Source: an uncultured Azoarcus sp. (GTDB lineage: Bacteria > Pseudomonadota > Gammaproteobacteria > Burkholderiales > Rhodocyclaceae). From it: a stretch of 64,000 nt of DNA. A program made the position numbers and the translations under genes. The notes under the pieces are model-generated. The model was given only the letters and a program-made list of their open reading frames with translations, was not told the DNA's origin and did no database searches. The DNA lies in contig CAXBIS010000011.1 in assembly GCA_963975885.1 (NCBI GenBank), positions 54,977 through 118,976 on the forward strand, read 5' to 3'. This document shows, one piece after another, positions 1-10,166 of the stretch. Position 1 is the stretch's first letter. Every line of letters begins with the position of its first letter.

Positions 1-249
1 GGACGTGGAATTGGCGCCCGTGCCGGCGAGCACAGGGATGCGATCGCCGGCATGCTCGACGGCGACACGGATCAGCTCGCAGTGCTCGTCCATGTCGACG
101 GTGGGCGACTCACCCGAGGTACCGACGATGACGATGCCGTCCGTACCCTGTTCGGCGTGGAAATCGATGAGCGAGCGCAGACGCGGATAGTCGAGACGAC
201 CGTCCTCGTGCATGGGGGTGACGATGGCAACCAGGGAGCCGGTGATCAT
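1..249 (-). CDS. dapA: 4-hydroxy-tetrahydrodipicolinate synthase, N-terminal 83 codons (gene continues past the left edge)
   Basis: The reverse complement from ATG (249-247) reads [83 protein letters not shown]. This is a canonical DapA N-terminus. It is absent from the ORF track because there is no stop inside the window. Confidence 0.85.
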   Translation of the reverse strand, partial: MITGSLVAIVTPMHEDGRLDYPRLRSLIDFHAEQGTDGIVIVGTSGESPTVDMDEHCELIRVAVEHAGDRIPVLAGTGANSTS

Positions 250-381
250 GGGTGTCGGAGCAATGGCATCAAAACCGCGATTCTACCTGAAGAAAAACGC
301 GGTAAGCCGTAAGCTTCGAGCTGCAAGTGTGGCCCGTCACCGCTTTGCTGACAGCTTGCAGCTTGGGCTTACGGCTCGTCC

Positions 382-654
382 TAGGGCCTGTTCACACTTG
401 CCATGGCGGTCGCGCTTGGCCCAAATGGCTCGCAGATCAAGGCGCGGTGACGCCGCAATACCGGGCGTCTTGCAAGGAGCCGCAACGCAGCAGATGCGGG
501 CCATTTGGGCCAAGCCCTGCGGGTGGGTCTGTATGGCCGCGCCGGCGGCGTTGCGCTCATTGTCAAGGGAATGGTCATTGCCTGCTTCGCGCGTCTTGCC
601 GGCACAGCCATACAGACCCACGCGATCCGCCAGCGCAAGTGTGAACAGGCCCTA
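382..654. repeat. 273-bp nested-palindrome element with perfect 20-bp terminal inverted repeats (MITE/REP-like)
   Basis: 382-401 TAGGGCCTGTTCACACTTGC is the exact reverse complement of 635-654. There are two internal long stems: 414-429/500-515 (16 bp) and 523-537/607-621 (15 bp). Only mirror-image shadow ORFs are present. Confidence 0.7.
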
Positions 655-1569
655 AAGGTCGGCCAGCGCGCGAACGTGCTCGACCGCCGAGCGTCCCAGC
701 GCGGACAGCGCATAACCGCCCTCGAGCATCGACACGATGCGCCCGTTGGCGCACTCTAGCGCGCGCAACTGCCCGGTGACCCAGGCAAAGTCGGCCTCCA
801 CCAGCGCGCAGGAGGCCATATCGTCTTCCAGGTGCGCGTCGAAGCCTGCCGAGATGAAGATCATCTGCGGCTCGAAGCGGCGCAGCGCCGGCAGCCATTG
901 CGCGGTAACAATCTCGCGCAATGCCTCGCCACGCAGCCCGGCGCGCACCGGCACGTTGACCCAGTGTTCGGGGGCTTCGCGATCGCCGCTGTAAGGATAG
1001 AACGGATGCTGGAAGGTGCTCGCCATCATCACGCGTGCATCCTCGCCGAGAATGTCTTCGGTGCCGTTGCCGTGATGTACGTCGAAATCGACGACCGCGA
1101 CGCGCCCCAGCCCGTGCGCCTCGAGCGCGTGCAGCGCCGCGATGGCGATGTTGTTGAACAGGCAGAAACCCATCGCGCGCGACCTGCAGGCGTGATGTCC
1201 GGGCGGGCGCACTGCGCAGAACGCGTTGTCGGCCCGCCCTGAGACCACCAGATCCGTCGCCAGCACACCGGCGCCGGCGGCGCGCAGGGCGGCATCGAGC
1301 GTGCGCGGGCCGATTGCGGTGTCAGGATCGAGATGGTGGATGCCGCGCTCGGGTACGGCCGCGCGCAACTCGCCCAGATAGGCCGCCGAGTGCGCACGCA
1401 GAATCTGCGCGTCGGTCGCCAGCGGCGCGTCGTGGAACTCCAGATACGCATCGAGCCCCGAGGCGATCAGCCGGTCGTTGATCGCGCCCAGGCGCTGCGG
1501 GCATTCCGGATGATGCGCACCCATGTCATGCAGGGCGCAGTCCGCGTGGGTGATGAAAGCCGTCGCCAT
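652..1569 (-). CDS. histone-deacetylase-family (HDAC/AcuC-type) deacetylase/amidohydrolase
   Basis: 305-aa ORF containing HPECPQRL, RPPGHHA and DFDVHHGNGTEDI motifs typical of the Zn-dependent HDAC family. Its TAG stop (654-652) lies in the last 3 nt of the palindromic element. Confidence 0.85.
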   Translation of the reverse strand: MATAFITHADCALHDMGAHHPECPQRLGAINDRLIASGLDAYLEFHDAPLATDAQILRAHSAAYLGELRAAVPERGIHHLDPDTAIGPRTLDAALRAAGAGVLATDLVVSGRADNAFCAVRPPGHHACRSRAMGFCLFNNIAIAALHALEAHGLGRVAVVDFDVHHGNGTEDILGEDARVMMASTFQHPFYPYSGDREAPEHWVNVPVRAGLRGEALREIVTAQWLPALRRFEPQMIFISAGFDAHLEDDMASCALVEADFAWVTGQLRALECANGRIVSMLEGGYALSALGRSAVEHVRALADL

Positions 1570-1620
1570 GCGAGCCGCTCCCGAAACGAACCAGAATCAG
1601 AGTGGTCTATTATCCCCGCT

Positions 1621-2565
1621 ATGTCCGATCCCAGCCAGCCACCCGCCCCGTTCGAACGCGTCACGCGCGTACTTGCCGCCGCCAACGAAATCATTCTTGG
1701 CAAGCCTCAACCGTTGCGGCTCGCGCTCGCCTGCCTGATCGCGCGCGGCCATCTGCTCATCGAGGACCTGCCCGGCGTGGGCAAGACCACGCTGGCGAAC
1801 GTGTTCGCCCGACTGATCGGCCTGCACTACCAGCGCGTGCAATTCACCAGCGACCTGCTGCCCGCCGACATCACCGGCGTGTCGATCTTCGATCGCGAGG
1901 CCGGCGCCTTCCGCTTCCACCCCGGACCGCTGTTCGCACAGCTCATCCTCGCCGACGAAATCAACCGTGCCACGCCGAAGACGCAAAGCGCGCTGCTCGA
2001 GGCGATGGAGGAGCGCCAGGTCACGACGGACGGCGAAACCCATGCACTGCCCGAGCCCTTCTTCGTCATCGCAACCCGCAATCCGGCTACGCAGATTGGC
2101 ACCTTCCCACTGCCCGAGAGCCAGCTCGACCGCTTCCTGATGCGCATCCACATGGGCTTTCCGGGGCGCGAGGCCGAACGCGCACTGCTCATGGGCGAGG
2201 ATAGACGCGAACTGCTGGGACGCACGCCAGCGGCGATTTCTCCCGACGACATGCTGGCCCTGCAACGCGCCGCACAGGCAGTTGTGGTTGCGCCACGCCT
2301 GATCGACTATGTGCAGGCCCTGCTCGCGGCCACGCGCGTCGACCCCGACCTGGCCGGCGGCCTCAGTCCGCGTGCCGGCCTCGGTCTGCTCGCCGGCGCG
2401 CGTGCCTGGGCGCTGATCGACGGCCGCGACCACGTATTGCCCGAGGACGTACAGACGGTCTTCCCGCATATCGCCGGCCATCGCCTGCATCTGGCCAACG
2501 ATGGTCGCCCGGTGCCGCCAGCGCTGCTCGCGCGCCTGGTGGCCGGCGTTGCCGTGGACGGATGA
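1621..2565 (+). CDS. MoxR-family AAA+ ATPase
   Basis: From ATG 1621: MSDPSQPPAPFERV...LIEDLPGVGKTTLA (Walker A), LADEINRATPKTQSALLEAMEE (Walker B and sensor). About 314 aa, typical of MoxR. The track ORF start at 1333 overlaps the upstream gene and is rejected. Confidence 0.9.
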   Translation: MSDPSQPPAPFERVTRVLAAANEIILGKPQPLRLALACLIARGHLLIEDLPGVGKTTLANVFARLIGLHYQRVQFTSDLLPADITGVSIFDREAGAFRFHPGPLFAQLILADEINRATPKTQSALLEAMEERQVTTDGETHALPEPFFVIATRNPATQIGTFPLPESQLDRFLMRIHMGFPGREAERALLMGEDRRELLGRTPAAISPDDMLALQRAAQAVVVAPRLIDYVQALLAATRVDPDLAGGLSPRAGLGLLAGARAWALIDGRDHVLPEDVQTVFPHIAGHRLHLANDGRPVPPALLARLVAGVAVDG

Positions 2566-3536
2566 AAACAACCGAAGCGCTGGAACGCCTGCCCGACGCG
2601 CTCGCGCGCAAGTTCGGTCGCAGGCGCGACGACACCCTGCCGGTCACGCTGCGCCAGGGGCGCATCTATGTATTGCCCACGGCCGCCGGCCTGTCCTTCG
2701 CGCTTGCGCTGCTGGTGATGCTGATCGGGGCGATCAATTACGGCCTGAGCCTGGGCTACGCGCTGGTTTTCCTGCTGTTCGGACTCGGCGTAGCCAGCAC
2801 CGTGCACGCCTTTCGCAACCTGCTCGGGCTGCGCATCCTGCGCGTGGCGGTCGAGCCGGTGTTCGCCAACGAGACCGCAACGCTGCGCCTGTACGTCGAA
2901 AACCCTTCGAACTGGCGGCGTGCCGCGCTGCGCATTCGTGTCGGCGACATCGAGACCCATGCAACGCTCGAAGCGGGCGCCGCCGAGACGCTCGCCGTCG
3001 CCGTGCCCACCGAACACCGTGGCTGGCTCGCGATCGAGCGCATCGCGCTGTACACCACCTGGCCACTCGGGCTCGCCAGGGCCTGGAGCGTGCTGCGACC
3101 GACTGTCTCCGTGCTCGTCTACGCCGCGCCCGAACGCAACGCGCCGCCCCTGCCCTCGGGTGACGGCTCCACCGAAGGCCTGCGGGGAGACGGCGATGAC
3201 GACTTTGCCGGCCTGCGTGCGCACCGGCTCACGGACTCACCCCGCCATGTCGCCTGGAAGGCGGTGGCGGCCGGCGGGCCGATGCTGACCAAGGAATTCG
3301 CCGGAAATGAGGGCGCAGCCCTGGAACTCGACTGGCATGCCCTATCCGGGTGTCCGCAGGATGACGCCCGCGCGGCGAGGCTCACCGCCTGGGCGCTGGC
3401 CGCCGAATCGCGCGCGCTGAGCTACGCACTGACGACACCCGATGGCCGGCTCGCGCCCGCGCACGGACGCGCTCATCTGTCCGCCTGCCTGGCGCGACTC
3501 GCCCTGGCCAGGAGCCGCCATGGCCCGCACGCCTGA
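2562..3536 (+). CDS. DUF58-domain protein (MoxR-associated)
   Basis: Its ATG overlaps the MoxR stop (ATGA). There is an N-terminal double-TM segment followed by a DUF58-like region. The position directly after moxR is the classical arrangement. Confidence 0.8.
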   Translation: MKTTEALERLPDALARKFGRRRDDTLPVTLRQGRIYVLPTAAGLSFALALLVMLIGAINYGLSLGYALVFLLFGLGVASTVHAFRNLLGLRILRVAVEPVFANETATLRLYVENPSNWRRAALRIRVGDIETHATLEAGAAETLAVAVPTEHRGWLAIERIALYTTWPLGLARAWSVLRPTVSVLVYAAPERNAPPLPSGDGSTEGLRGDGDDDFAGLRAHRLTDSPRHVAWKAVAAGGPMLTKEFAGNEGAALELDWHALSGCPQDDARAARLTAWALAAESRALSYALTTPDGRLAPAHGRAHLSACLARLALARSRHGPHA

Positions 3537-5496
3537 TCGCGCAGCACCACGCGCGGCGTCGCTATGGCTGTTTGCAACGGCGCTGGTCACGGTGGTGCCG
3601 CACACGGCCTATCTGCCGCTGTGGGCATCGGGCGCGTGCGCGCTGCTGCTCGCATGGCACCTGGCACGCGCGCGCAGCAACGGCCCGAGGATCGGGCGCG
3701 TGCACCGCCTTTCGCTGCTGCTCATCGCGCTCACCGTCGCGCTCGCCGTGCGGCTGGATTTCGGCTACTTCTTCGGCAAGGCACCGGGCATCGCGATGCT
3801 CGCCACGCTGCTGTGCATGAAACTGCTCGAAGGCAATAGCCCGCGCGACGTGCGGGCCGGCGTACTGCTCGCCTTCTTCCTGCAACTCGCCCTGTTCTTC
3901 GACGACCAGACGCTGACAGCCTCGTTGTTCGCGCTGACCGGTGCGCTGTGCGCGGCGGCCACCATGCTCGCGCTCGAAGACCCCGAGCGTTCGCCGTGGC
4001 GCACGCTGCGTACCGGTGGCACCCTGATGCTGCAGGCCATACCGTTTCTGATCGTACTGTTCATGCTGTTCCCGCGCCTGCCCGGGCCGCTGTGGGGCCT
4101 GCCGCGCGACGCCTGGGAAGGCATGACCGGCCTGTCCGAGGAGATGGCGCCGGGCTCGATTGCGGAGCTCGGCCTGTCAAGCGAGATCGCGCTGCGCGCC
4201 GACTTTGCCGACACGCTGCCACCACCCGCACAGCGCTACTGGCGCGGTCCCGTCCTGAGCGAGTTCGACGGGCGCGTGTGGCGCATGACGCGCAGCGCGC
4301 AACTTGCCGAGCCGGCCTATGCACTCGCCGGCCCGGCCATCGACTACGTGCTGACGGTGGAGCCGCACAACAAGCGCTGGCTGCTCGCGCTCGACTTCCC
4401 GGGCGAAGTGGCGCGCAATGACGTCGCCTACGGCAGCGAATACATGCTGCTGGCCGAGCGTCCGTTGCGCACGCGCACGCAGCTTTCGTTGCAGGCCTAT
4501 CCGCAAACCATCATTGGCCAGGAGGAATCGGCTGCGGTACTGGAAGCGGCCACGCGCCTGCCCGAGGACGCCGGCCCGCGCACCCGTATTCTGGTGGACG
4601 AACTCGTCGCCGACGCCAACGATGCCTCGCAGATCCTCGATCGCGTGCTCGCTTGGTTCTCGACCAACGCGCTGACCTACACGCTCTCCCCGCCCCTGCT
4701 CGAGGACGACCCCATCGATGAATTCCTGTTCGACGCGCGCCGTGGCTTCTGCGAGCACTTCTCGTCGGCCTTCGTCTTCATGATGCGCGCTGCCGGCGTG
4801 CCTGCGCGCGTCGTCACCGGCTACCAGGGCGGCACGCTCAACCGCGTCGACGGAACGCTGGTGGTGCGCCAATCCGACGCCCACGCCTGGGCCGAGACCT
4901 GGCTGCCCGGGCGCGGCTGGGTACGCGTCGATCCGACCGCACTGGCCGCACCATCGCGTATCGAGAGCGGCGTCTCGGCCGCGCTGCCTGCCGGCGAGAC
5001 GCGCCCGATGATGATGCGCGATGGCGCCGCAGCCGATGCGCTGCGTGCACTGCGTGATCGCTGGGAGGCGCTGGGCAACGCCTGGAACCGCAACGTGGTC
5101 GGCTACGACCGCCAACGCCAGAGGGACTTCCTGCAGCACCTGGGCTTCGAGCAGCCGGATTGGCGCACGCTGGGCTTCGCGCTCGGTGCGGGACTGGCGA
5201 CCTTGATGCTGGCTCTGCTCGCGTGGGCACTGCACCAACGCCGCTCCGGAGATTCGCTCGATCATCTGTGGCGCCGCTTCGGCGCGCGCCTGGCGCGCCG
5301 GGGTCTGGCGCGTTTGCCTGCAGAAGGCCCGATCGATTACGCTGAGCGAGTCGCACGTGCGCTGCCCGACCGGGCGAGTGAGGTGCGCCTTATCGCGCGC
5401 AGCTATGCGCGCCTGCGCTACGGTCCACCGAGCGCGAACGCCACCGCGCTGACGCGCGAGCTGGCACAACGCATCCGGGAGTTTTCACCACAATGA
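3520..5496 (+). CDS. transglutaminase-domain membrane protein (DUF3488/TGase type)
   Basis: A multi-TM N-terminal half is followed by a GFCEHFSSAFVFMMRAAGVPARVVTGY...DAHAWAE Cys-His-Asp transglutaminase core. I chose the in-frame ATG at 3520, which overlaps the DUF58 end, over the track start at 3442. Confidence 0.8.
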   Translation: MARTPDRAAPRAASLWLFATALVTVVPHTAYLPLWASGACALLLAWHLARARSNGPRIGRVHRLSLLLIALTVALAVRLDFGYFFGKAPGIAMLATLLCMKLLEGNSPRDVRAGVLLAFFLQLALFFDDQTLTASLFALTGALCAAATMLALEDPERSPWRTLRTGGTLMLQAIPFLIVLFMLFPRLPGPLWGLPRDAWEGMTGLSEEMAPGSIAELGLSSEIALRADFADTLPPPAQRYWRGPVLSEFDGRVWRMTRSAQLAEPAYALAGPAIDYVLTVEPHNKRWLLALDFPGEVARNDVAYGSEYMLLAERPLRTRTQLSLQAYPQTIIGQEESAAVLEAATRLPEDAGPRTRILVDELVADANDASQILDRVLAWFSTNALTYTLSPPLLEDDPIDEFLFDARRGFCEHFSSAFVFMMRAAGVPARVVTGYQGGTLNRVDGTLVVRQSDAHAWAETWLPGRGWVRVDPTALAAPSRIESGVSAALPAGETRPMMMRDGAAADALRALRDRWEALGNAWNRNVVGYDRQRQRDFLQHLGFEQPDWRTLGFALGAGLATLMLALLAWALHQRRSGDSLDHLWRRFGARLARRGLARLPAEGPIDYAERVARALPDRASEVRLIARSYARLRYGPPSANATALTRELAQRIREFSPQ

Positions 5497-6527
5497 ACCG
5501 CGTTCTCAGCATGCTCGCCTGTACCGCCATACTGGCGCTGCCGACCTTTGCCGCCCACGCCTCGTACGCCGAGCACGAAGAGGCCCGTCATTTCATCGCG
5601 GAGATGGTGCGCACGCACGGCCTGGACGAGGCCGAACTGCGCTCCGTCCTCGATCGCACCGAGCGCCTCGACCGCGTCATCGAACTGATTCGCCCGCCTG
5701 CGACCCGCCCCGGTGGAGAGCGCTCCTGGGTTCGCTATCGCGACCGCTTTCTCAACGACGCGCGCATCGAAAACGGGCTCGACTTCTGGTTCGAGCATCG
5801 CGCCACGGTGGATGCGGCCAGTCGCCGTTTTGGCGTACCGCCCGAGTTCATCGTTGCCATCATCGGGGTCGAGACCCATTACGGACGTCACACCGGTAAT
5901 TTCCAGACCGTGAACGCGCTGGCCACCCTGGCCTTCGACTATCCGCCGCGTGCCCCGCTGTTCCGGCGCGAGCTCGAGAACCTGCTGCTGCTGGCGAACG
6001 AACAGCAACGTGACCCGTTCAGTTACTACGGCTCCTACGCCGGCGCGCTGGGCTATCCGCAGTTTCTGCCGAGCAGCGTGCGCGCCTATGCGGTGGATTT
6101 CGACGGTGACGGACGTATCGATTTCGAGTCCGGCCCGGCCGACGCAATCGGCAGCGTCGCCAACTACTTCGCAGAGCATGGCTGGCGCCCCGGCGAACCG
6201 GTCGCCACGCGCGTGGCCCTGCCCGACGGGCTGGACCCTGCGCCACTGATCGCCGCCGGCATCGAACCTTCGCTGGATACCGCACAGCTGGCTGCGCGGG
6301 GCGTAATCGGTCTGCGCGGGGAATTGCACACCGCGAACGCGACGTTGTTCGACCTGCCCACGCCGGGAGCCGACACGCAGTACTGGCTGGGCTATCGCAA
6401 CTTCTACGTGATCACGCGCTACAACCGCAGCAGCTTCTACGCAATGTCGGTGCTGGAACTGGCCGAGACGCTGCGCTACCGCTTCGAGCGCGAGCACACC
6501 GTCGCGAACGCGACGAACGAAGACTGA
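5493..6527 (+). CDS. mltB: lytic murein transglycosylase B
   Basis: Signal peptide followed by IIGVETHYGRHTG, YAGALGYPQFLPSS and DFDGDGRID motifs characteristic of MltB/Slt35. The ATG overlaps the upstream stop. Confidence 0.85.
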   Translation: MNRVLSMLACTAILALPTFAAHASYAEHEEARHFIAEMVRTHGLDEAELRSVLDRTERLDRVIELIRPPATRPGGERSWVRYRDRFLNDARIENGLDFWFEHRATVDAASRRFGVPPEFIVAIIGVETHYGRHTGNFQTVNALATLAFDYPPRAPLFRRELENLLLLANEQQRDPFSYYGSYAGALGYPQFLPSSVRAYAVDFDGDGRIDFESGPADAIGSVANYFAEHGWRPGEPVATRVALPDGLDPAPLIAAGIEPSLDTAQLAARGVIGLRGELHTANATLFDLPTPGADTQYWLGYRNFYVITRYNRSSFYAMSVLELAETLRYRFEREHTVANATNED

Positions 6528-6528
6528 T

Positions 6529-7476
6529 CTACAAAAGGACGTCGCGCGAAATGCCGCGGCGGCGGATGGAACGGCGTAGCTGACCAAGCGCCTCGAGCTG
6601 GATCTGGCGCACGCGCTCGCGCGTCAGACCCAGACGTACGGCCAACTCCTCAAGCGTCATGATCGGGCACTCGTCGATCCCGTAGCGGTGACGGATCACG
6701 GTGCGCTGTTTGTCATTGAGCTTGTCGATCCAGTCTCGCACCAGATCCTCGATCTCGTGTTCCTGAATCATGGTGTCGGCGGAACACGCCTGGTCGTCGG
6801 CCAGCGACTCACCGATGGACAGCGTCGGATCGATGTCGAGCGGTGCGTCCAGTGAGGCCGTGTGCTCGGCCAGCGCGAGCAGTGCGCGCACCTGGTCGAC
6901 GGTCTTGTTGAGTCGCTGCGCAACTTCCTCGAGCGTGAATTCGCCGTTGCCGAGCGCCTCGAGCGCGCGTTGCGCCCGCAGAACCTGGTTGAGTTCCTTG
7001 ACCACATGCACGGGCAATCGGATCGTGCGCGACTGGTTCATGATCGCGCGCTCAATGTTCTGGCGTATCCACCAGGTAGCGTAGGTCGAGAAGCGAAAGC
7101 CGCGCTCGGGGTCGAATTTATCGAGGGCGTGCATCAGCCCGAGGTTGCCTTCCTCGACCAGGTCGAGCAGCGGAATGCCGCGGTTGAGATAGTGCTTGGC
7201 GATATTGACGACCAGGCGCAGGTTGCGCTCGATCATGGTCTGACGCGCTTCGAAGTCGCCCGCCCGCACCCGGCGAGTCAGCACCCCTTCCTCTTCGGCG
7301 GTCAGCAGGGGGTTGGCGCCGATCTCGTTGAGATAGATCTGCGTGACGTCGCTGAGAAAATCGCTCTCTGCCGGAGCGGGCGTTGCGGCCGGCTCGCCCA
7401 GCGCCTCAACCTCAAGCGGCAGATCCGGCTCGCGGGCAACGCTCTGTTCGTCGTCGTCATCGGCCGAATCGTACAT
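6529..7476 (-). CDS. rpoS: RNA polymerase sigma factor RpoS
   Basis: Sigma70 regions 1.2-4 are present ([30 protein letters not shown], region 4 HTH). The gene sits downstream of nlpD, pcm and surE, as in the classical rpoS locus. Confidence 0.9.
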   Translation of the reverse strand: MYDSADDDDEQSVAREPDLPLEVEALGEPAATPAPAESDFLSDVTQIYLNEIGANPLLTAEEEGVLTRRVRAGDFEARQTMIERNLRLVVNIAKHYLNRGIPLLDLVEEGNLGLMHALDKFDPERGFRFSTYATWWIRQNIERAIMNQSRTIRLPVHVVKELNQVLRAQRALEALGNGEFTLEEVAQRLNKTVDQVRALLALAEHTASLDAPLDIDPTLSIGESLADDQACSADTMIQEHEIEDLVRDWIDKLNDKQRTVIRHRYGIDECPIMTLEELAVRLGLTRERVRQIQLEALGQLRRSIRRRGISRDVLL

Positions 7477-7489
7477 GCGGACCTCGTCG

Positions 7490-8446
7490 TCAACGCGCCG
7501 GCAGGAACTTCGCGGGATCTACCGGCTTGCCCTGCTTGCGAATCTCGAAATGCAGTTTCGGGCGATCCGCATCCGTACTGCCGAGCTCGGCGATCTTCTG
7601 ACCCTTGCTCACCTTGTCGCCCTCCTTGACCAGCAATTCGCGGTTGTGGGCATAGGCGGTCAGAAAGTCGTCTTCGTGTTTGATGATGACCAGTTTTCCA
7701 TAGCCACGCAAGCCGCTGCCCGAATACACCACATTGCCCGCAGCGGCGGCCACGACGGGGTCTCCAGGTTCGCCTGCGATGTCCAGCCCCTTATTGCTGG
7801 ATTCTTCGAAACCCTCGATGACCTCGCCGCTTGCCGGCCACAGCCACGTCGCCTCAGGGGCCGCGGGAGGGGCGGGCTCTTCAGTCGGCGCTGGCTCAGC
7901 CTCGGGAGCGGTGGCGGGCTGGGCGGGCGTGTCCGGCGGCGACGGAATCGGAAACGGTGGTTCGGACGGCAGTATCCGCGGGTTGATCGCTGCCCAGGCC
8001 TCGTCCGAGTACTCCGTACGGCCACCACGCGGTGATGCGATGAGCGGCACCTGCGCGGCTGGCTGGCCTGGCTCACTCGCCTCGCTCTCGACGCCCGGCG
8101 TCTCGATCGGGCGCACCGTAACGGCTTCCGCGCCGGTGCCGACATCGGGCGGAGCCACACGCAAGCGCTGTCCAACGCGAATCTGATGCGGATTTTCGAG
8201 CCCGTTCCACTGCACCAGGTCGCTTACGCTCTGACCATAGGTGCGGCCGATTCCAAGCAAGGTGTCGCCCTGGCGCACGACGTGATGTTGCCCGTCGGCC
8301 TGCGCGCCCCGCGTGGAAGCCTCCGTGCCGCGCGACGAGTCGCCGAACGGCGCGGGCAGTTGCGACAGGCACCCGCTCAGCAACAAGGCCGAAGCCAGTG
8401 GCAAGAGCAGCCGTGCCGTATTTGCGCGATCGATCGAGTTCTTCAT
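7490..8446 (-). CDS. nlpD: LysM/M23-peptidase lipoprotein NlpD
   Basis: Lipobox LLLSGC, a LysM segment ([17 protein letters not shown]), a Pro/Ala-rich linker and a C-terminal M23 domain (GLDIAG...[10 protein letters not shown]...AHN...LHFEIR). Confidence 0.85.
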   Translation of the reverse strand: MKNSIDRANTARLLLPLASALLLSGCLSQLPAPFGDSSRGTEASTRGAQADGQHHVVRQGDTLLGIGRTYGQSVSDLVQWNGLENPHQIRVGQRLRVAPPDVGTGAEAVTVRPIETPGVESEASEPGQPAAQVPLIASPRGGRTEYSDEAWAAINPRILPSEPPFPIPSPPDTPAQPATAPEAEPAPTEEPAPPAAPEATWLWPASGEVIEGFEESSNKGLDIAGEPGDPVVAAAAGNVVYSGSGLRGYGKLVIIKHEDDFLTAYAHNRELLVKEGDKVSKGQKIAELGSTDADRPKLHFEIRKQGKPVDPAKFLPAR

Positions 8447-9096
8447 TCCAGTCCACTCAGCAATGGTACGAAACGGACCGCTTCGTACCGACTTTCCCTG
8501 AATACGTCTCCGATCCGCTCGGTCATCACCAGCCGCTGTTCGCCGCCAGCCCCAACCGGGATCATCATGCGCCCGCCCGGCGCAAGCTGGTCGCGCAGGG
8601 CCTGCGGCAACTCACGAGCACCCGCCGCAACGATGATGGTGTCGAATGGAGCCGCCTGCGGCAAGCCCTGCGAGCCATCCCCGTGCTTGAGGCGCACATT
8701 CGGATAGCGGAACGGTCGCAGATTCTCCTTGGCCTGCTCGAGCAGCCCGCGAATTCGCTCGATACCGAACACCTCGGCCGCCAGATGCGAAAGCACCGCC
8801 GCCTGATAGCCGCATCCTGCACCGACCTCAAGCGTGCGCCCGAGTTCGCGCCCGGCACGCAACAACTCGATCATGCGCGCAACCACATAGGGCTGGGAGA
8901 TGGTCTGCTGGAAACCGATCGGCAGCGGCGTATCGTCATAGGCGTTATAGGCAAGTGCGGCATCGATGAAATGCTGCCGCGGAACACGCAGCATCGCGTC
9001 GAGCACACGCTCGTCGCGAATACCCTGGGCGCGCAGTCGCTCGACCATGCGAAGCGCAGCCCGGCCACCCGCGTGTGCCGTTTCACGCACCCCCAT
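8443..9096 (-). CDS. pcm: protein-L-isoaspartate O-methyltransferase
   Basis: Contains [11 protein letters not shown] and the [18 protein letters not shown] motif. Overlaps the nlpD start by 4 nt. Confidence 0.9.
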   Translation of the reverse strand: MGVRETAHAGGRAALRMVERLRAQGIRDERVLDAMLRVPRQHFIDAALAYNAYDDTPLPIGFQQTISQPYVVARMIELLRAGRELGRTLEVGAGCGYQAAVLSHLAAEVFGIERIRGLLEQAKENLRPFRYPNVRLKHGDGSQGLPQAAPFDTIIVAAGARELPQALRDQLAPGGRMMIPVGAGGEQRLVMTERIGDVFRESRYEAVRFVPLLSGLE

Positions 9097-9099
9097 CTC

Positions 9100-9244
9100 A
9101 GAGCCTGTGAATAAATCTGCTGCGCGGACCGATTGCTGCGTTGCTCACTCGCTCACTCCTCGCCTATCCATCTGATATGTCTCGTCGTTCGCTCGCTCGC
9201 GCCTTGCACTCGGCCCTGCTCGCTACGATTTCTTCACAGGCTCT
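9100..9244. repeat. intergenic element bounded by 18-bp inverted repeats (17/18 match)
   Basis: AGAGCCTGTGAATAAATC (9100-9117) pairs with GATTTCTTCACAGGCTCT (9227-9244). The interior is pyrimidine-rich with a tandem GCTCACTC GCTCACTC repeat. It fills the whole pcm-surE spacer. Confidence 0.5.
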
Positions 9245-9987
9245 CAGACATCGAGCCACTCCGCGACGGCATTGATCTGACCGTTGTGGGTCAGATCGAC
9301 GCGCAGCGGCGTGACCGAAACATAACCTTCCTCGACGGCTTGAAAATCCGTCCCTTCACCCGCGTCGGCTGCCTGCCCGGCCGGCCCGATCCAGTACACC
9401 GTCTCACCGCGCGGCGTCGTGCCGCGAATGACCGGCTCGGCCTTGTGGCGCTTGCCCAGGCGAGTCACGCGCACGCCACGGATGTCGTCAGTACTGCGGT
9501 CCGGGATATTGACATTGAGCAGCACGGGCTCGCGGAACGGATCGCGAATGAAGCGCGCTACCAGATCGCGCGCAACCTCGGCGGCCGCCGTGAAGTCGGT
9601 CGCCGATTTGCTCGCGAGCGAGAACGCAATGGCCGGCACTCCAAGCAGGAAACCCTCGGTCGCCGCGGCGACCGTACCCGAGTAGATCGTGTCGTCGCCC
9701 ATGTTGGCGCCGTGATTGATGCCCGACACGACCATATCGGGCAGATGATCGAACATGCCCGTGACGGCCAGATGAACGCAATCGGTGGGCGTGCCGTTGA
9801 CGAAATTGAAACCGTTGGCGGCCTGTCTGAGCGCGAGCGGACGATCAAGGGTGAGCGAATTGCTCGAACCGCTGCGATCACGCTCCGGAGCGACCACGGT
9901 GATGTCGCCCAGGTCGCGCAGCGCATCGGCCAAGGCCGCCAGACCGGGTGCGAAATAGCCGTCGTCGTTGCTTAGAAGTATGCGCAT
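9244..9987 (-). CDS. surE: 5'/3'-nucleotidase SurE
   Basis: From ATG 9987: [15 protein letters not shown]...[21 protein letters not shown], the canonical SurE sequence. The track start at 10017 adds 10 unlikely residues. Confidence 0.9.
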   Translation of the reverse strand: MRILLSNDDGYFAPGLAALADALRDLGDITVVAPERDRSGSSNSLTLDRPLALRQAANGFNFVNGTPTDCVHLAVTGMFDHLPDMVVSGINHGANMGDDTIYSGTVAAATEGFLLGVPAIAFSLASKSATDFTAAAEVARDLVARFIRDPFREPVLLNVNIPDRSTDDIRGVRVTRLGKRHKAEPVIRGTTPRGETVYWIGPAGQAADAGEGTDFQAVEEGYVSVTPLRVDLTHNGQINAVAEWLDV

Positions 9988-10166
9988 CGGATAGGAAGCC
10001 GGCGGGATCGCGGGCAACGCCGCGAGGGGTTGTTAGCTCGCCGATTCTAGCACATGGCTTGCGGACACCCGGGCACGCCATGCGGCCGGTCACGCCATGC
10101 CGATTGCCTTGTCTGAGGGGAAGACGATGTAATAACTTCGTTACCACATTTAAAGGAGTAGCCGTC

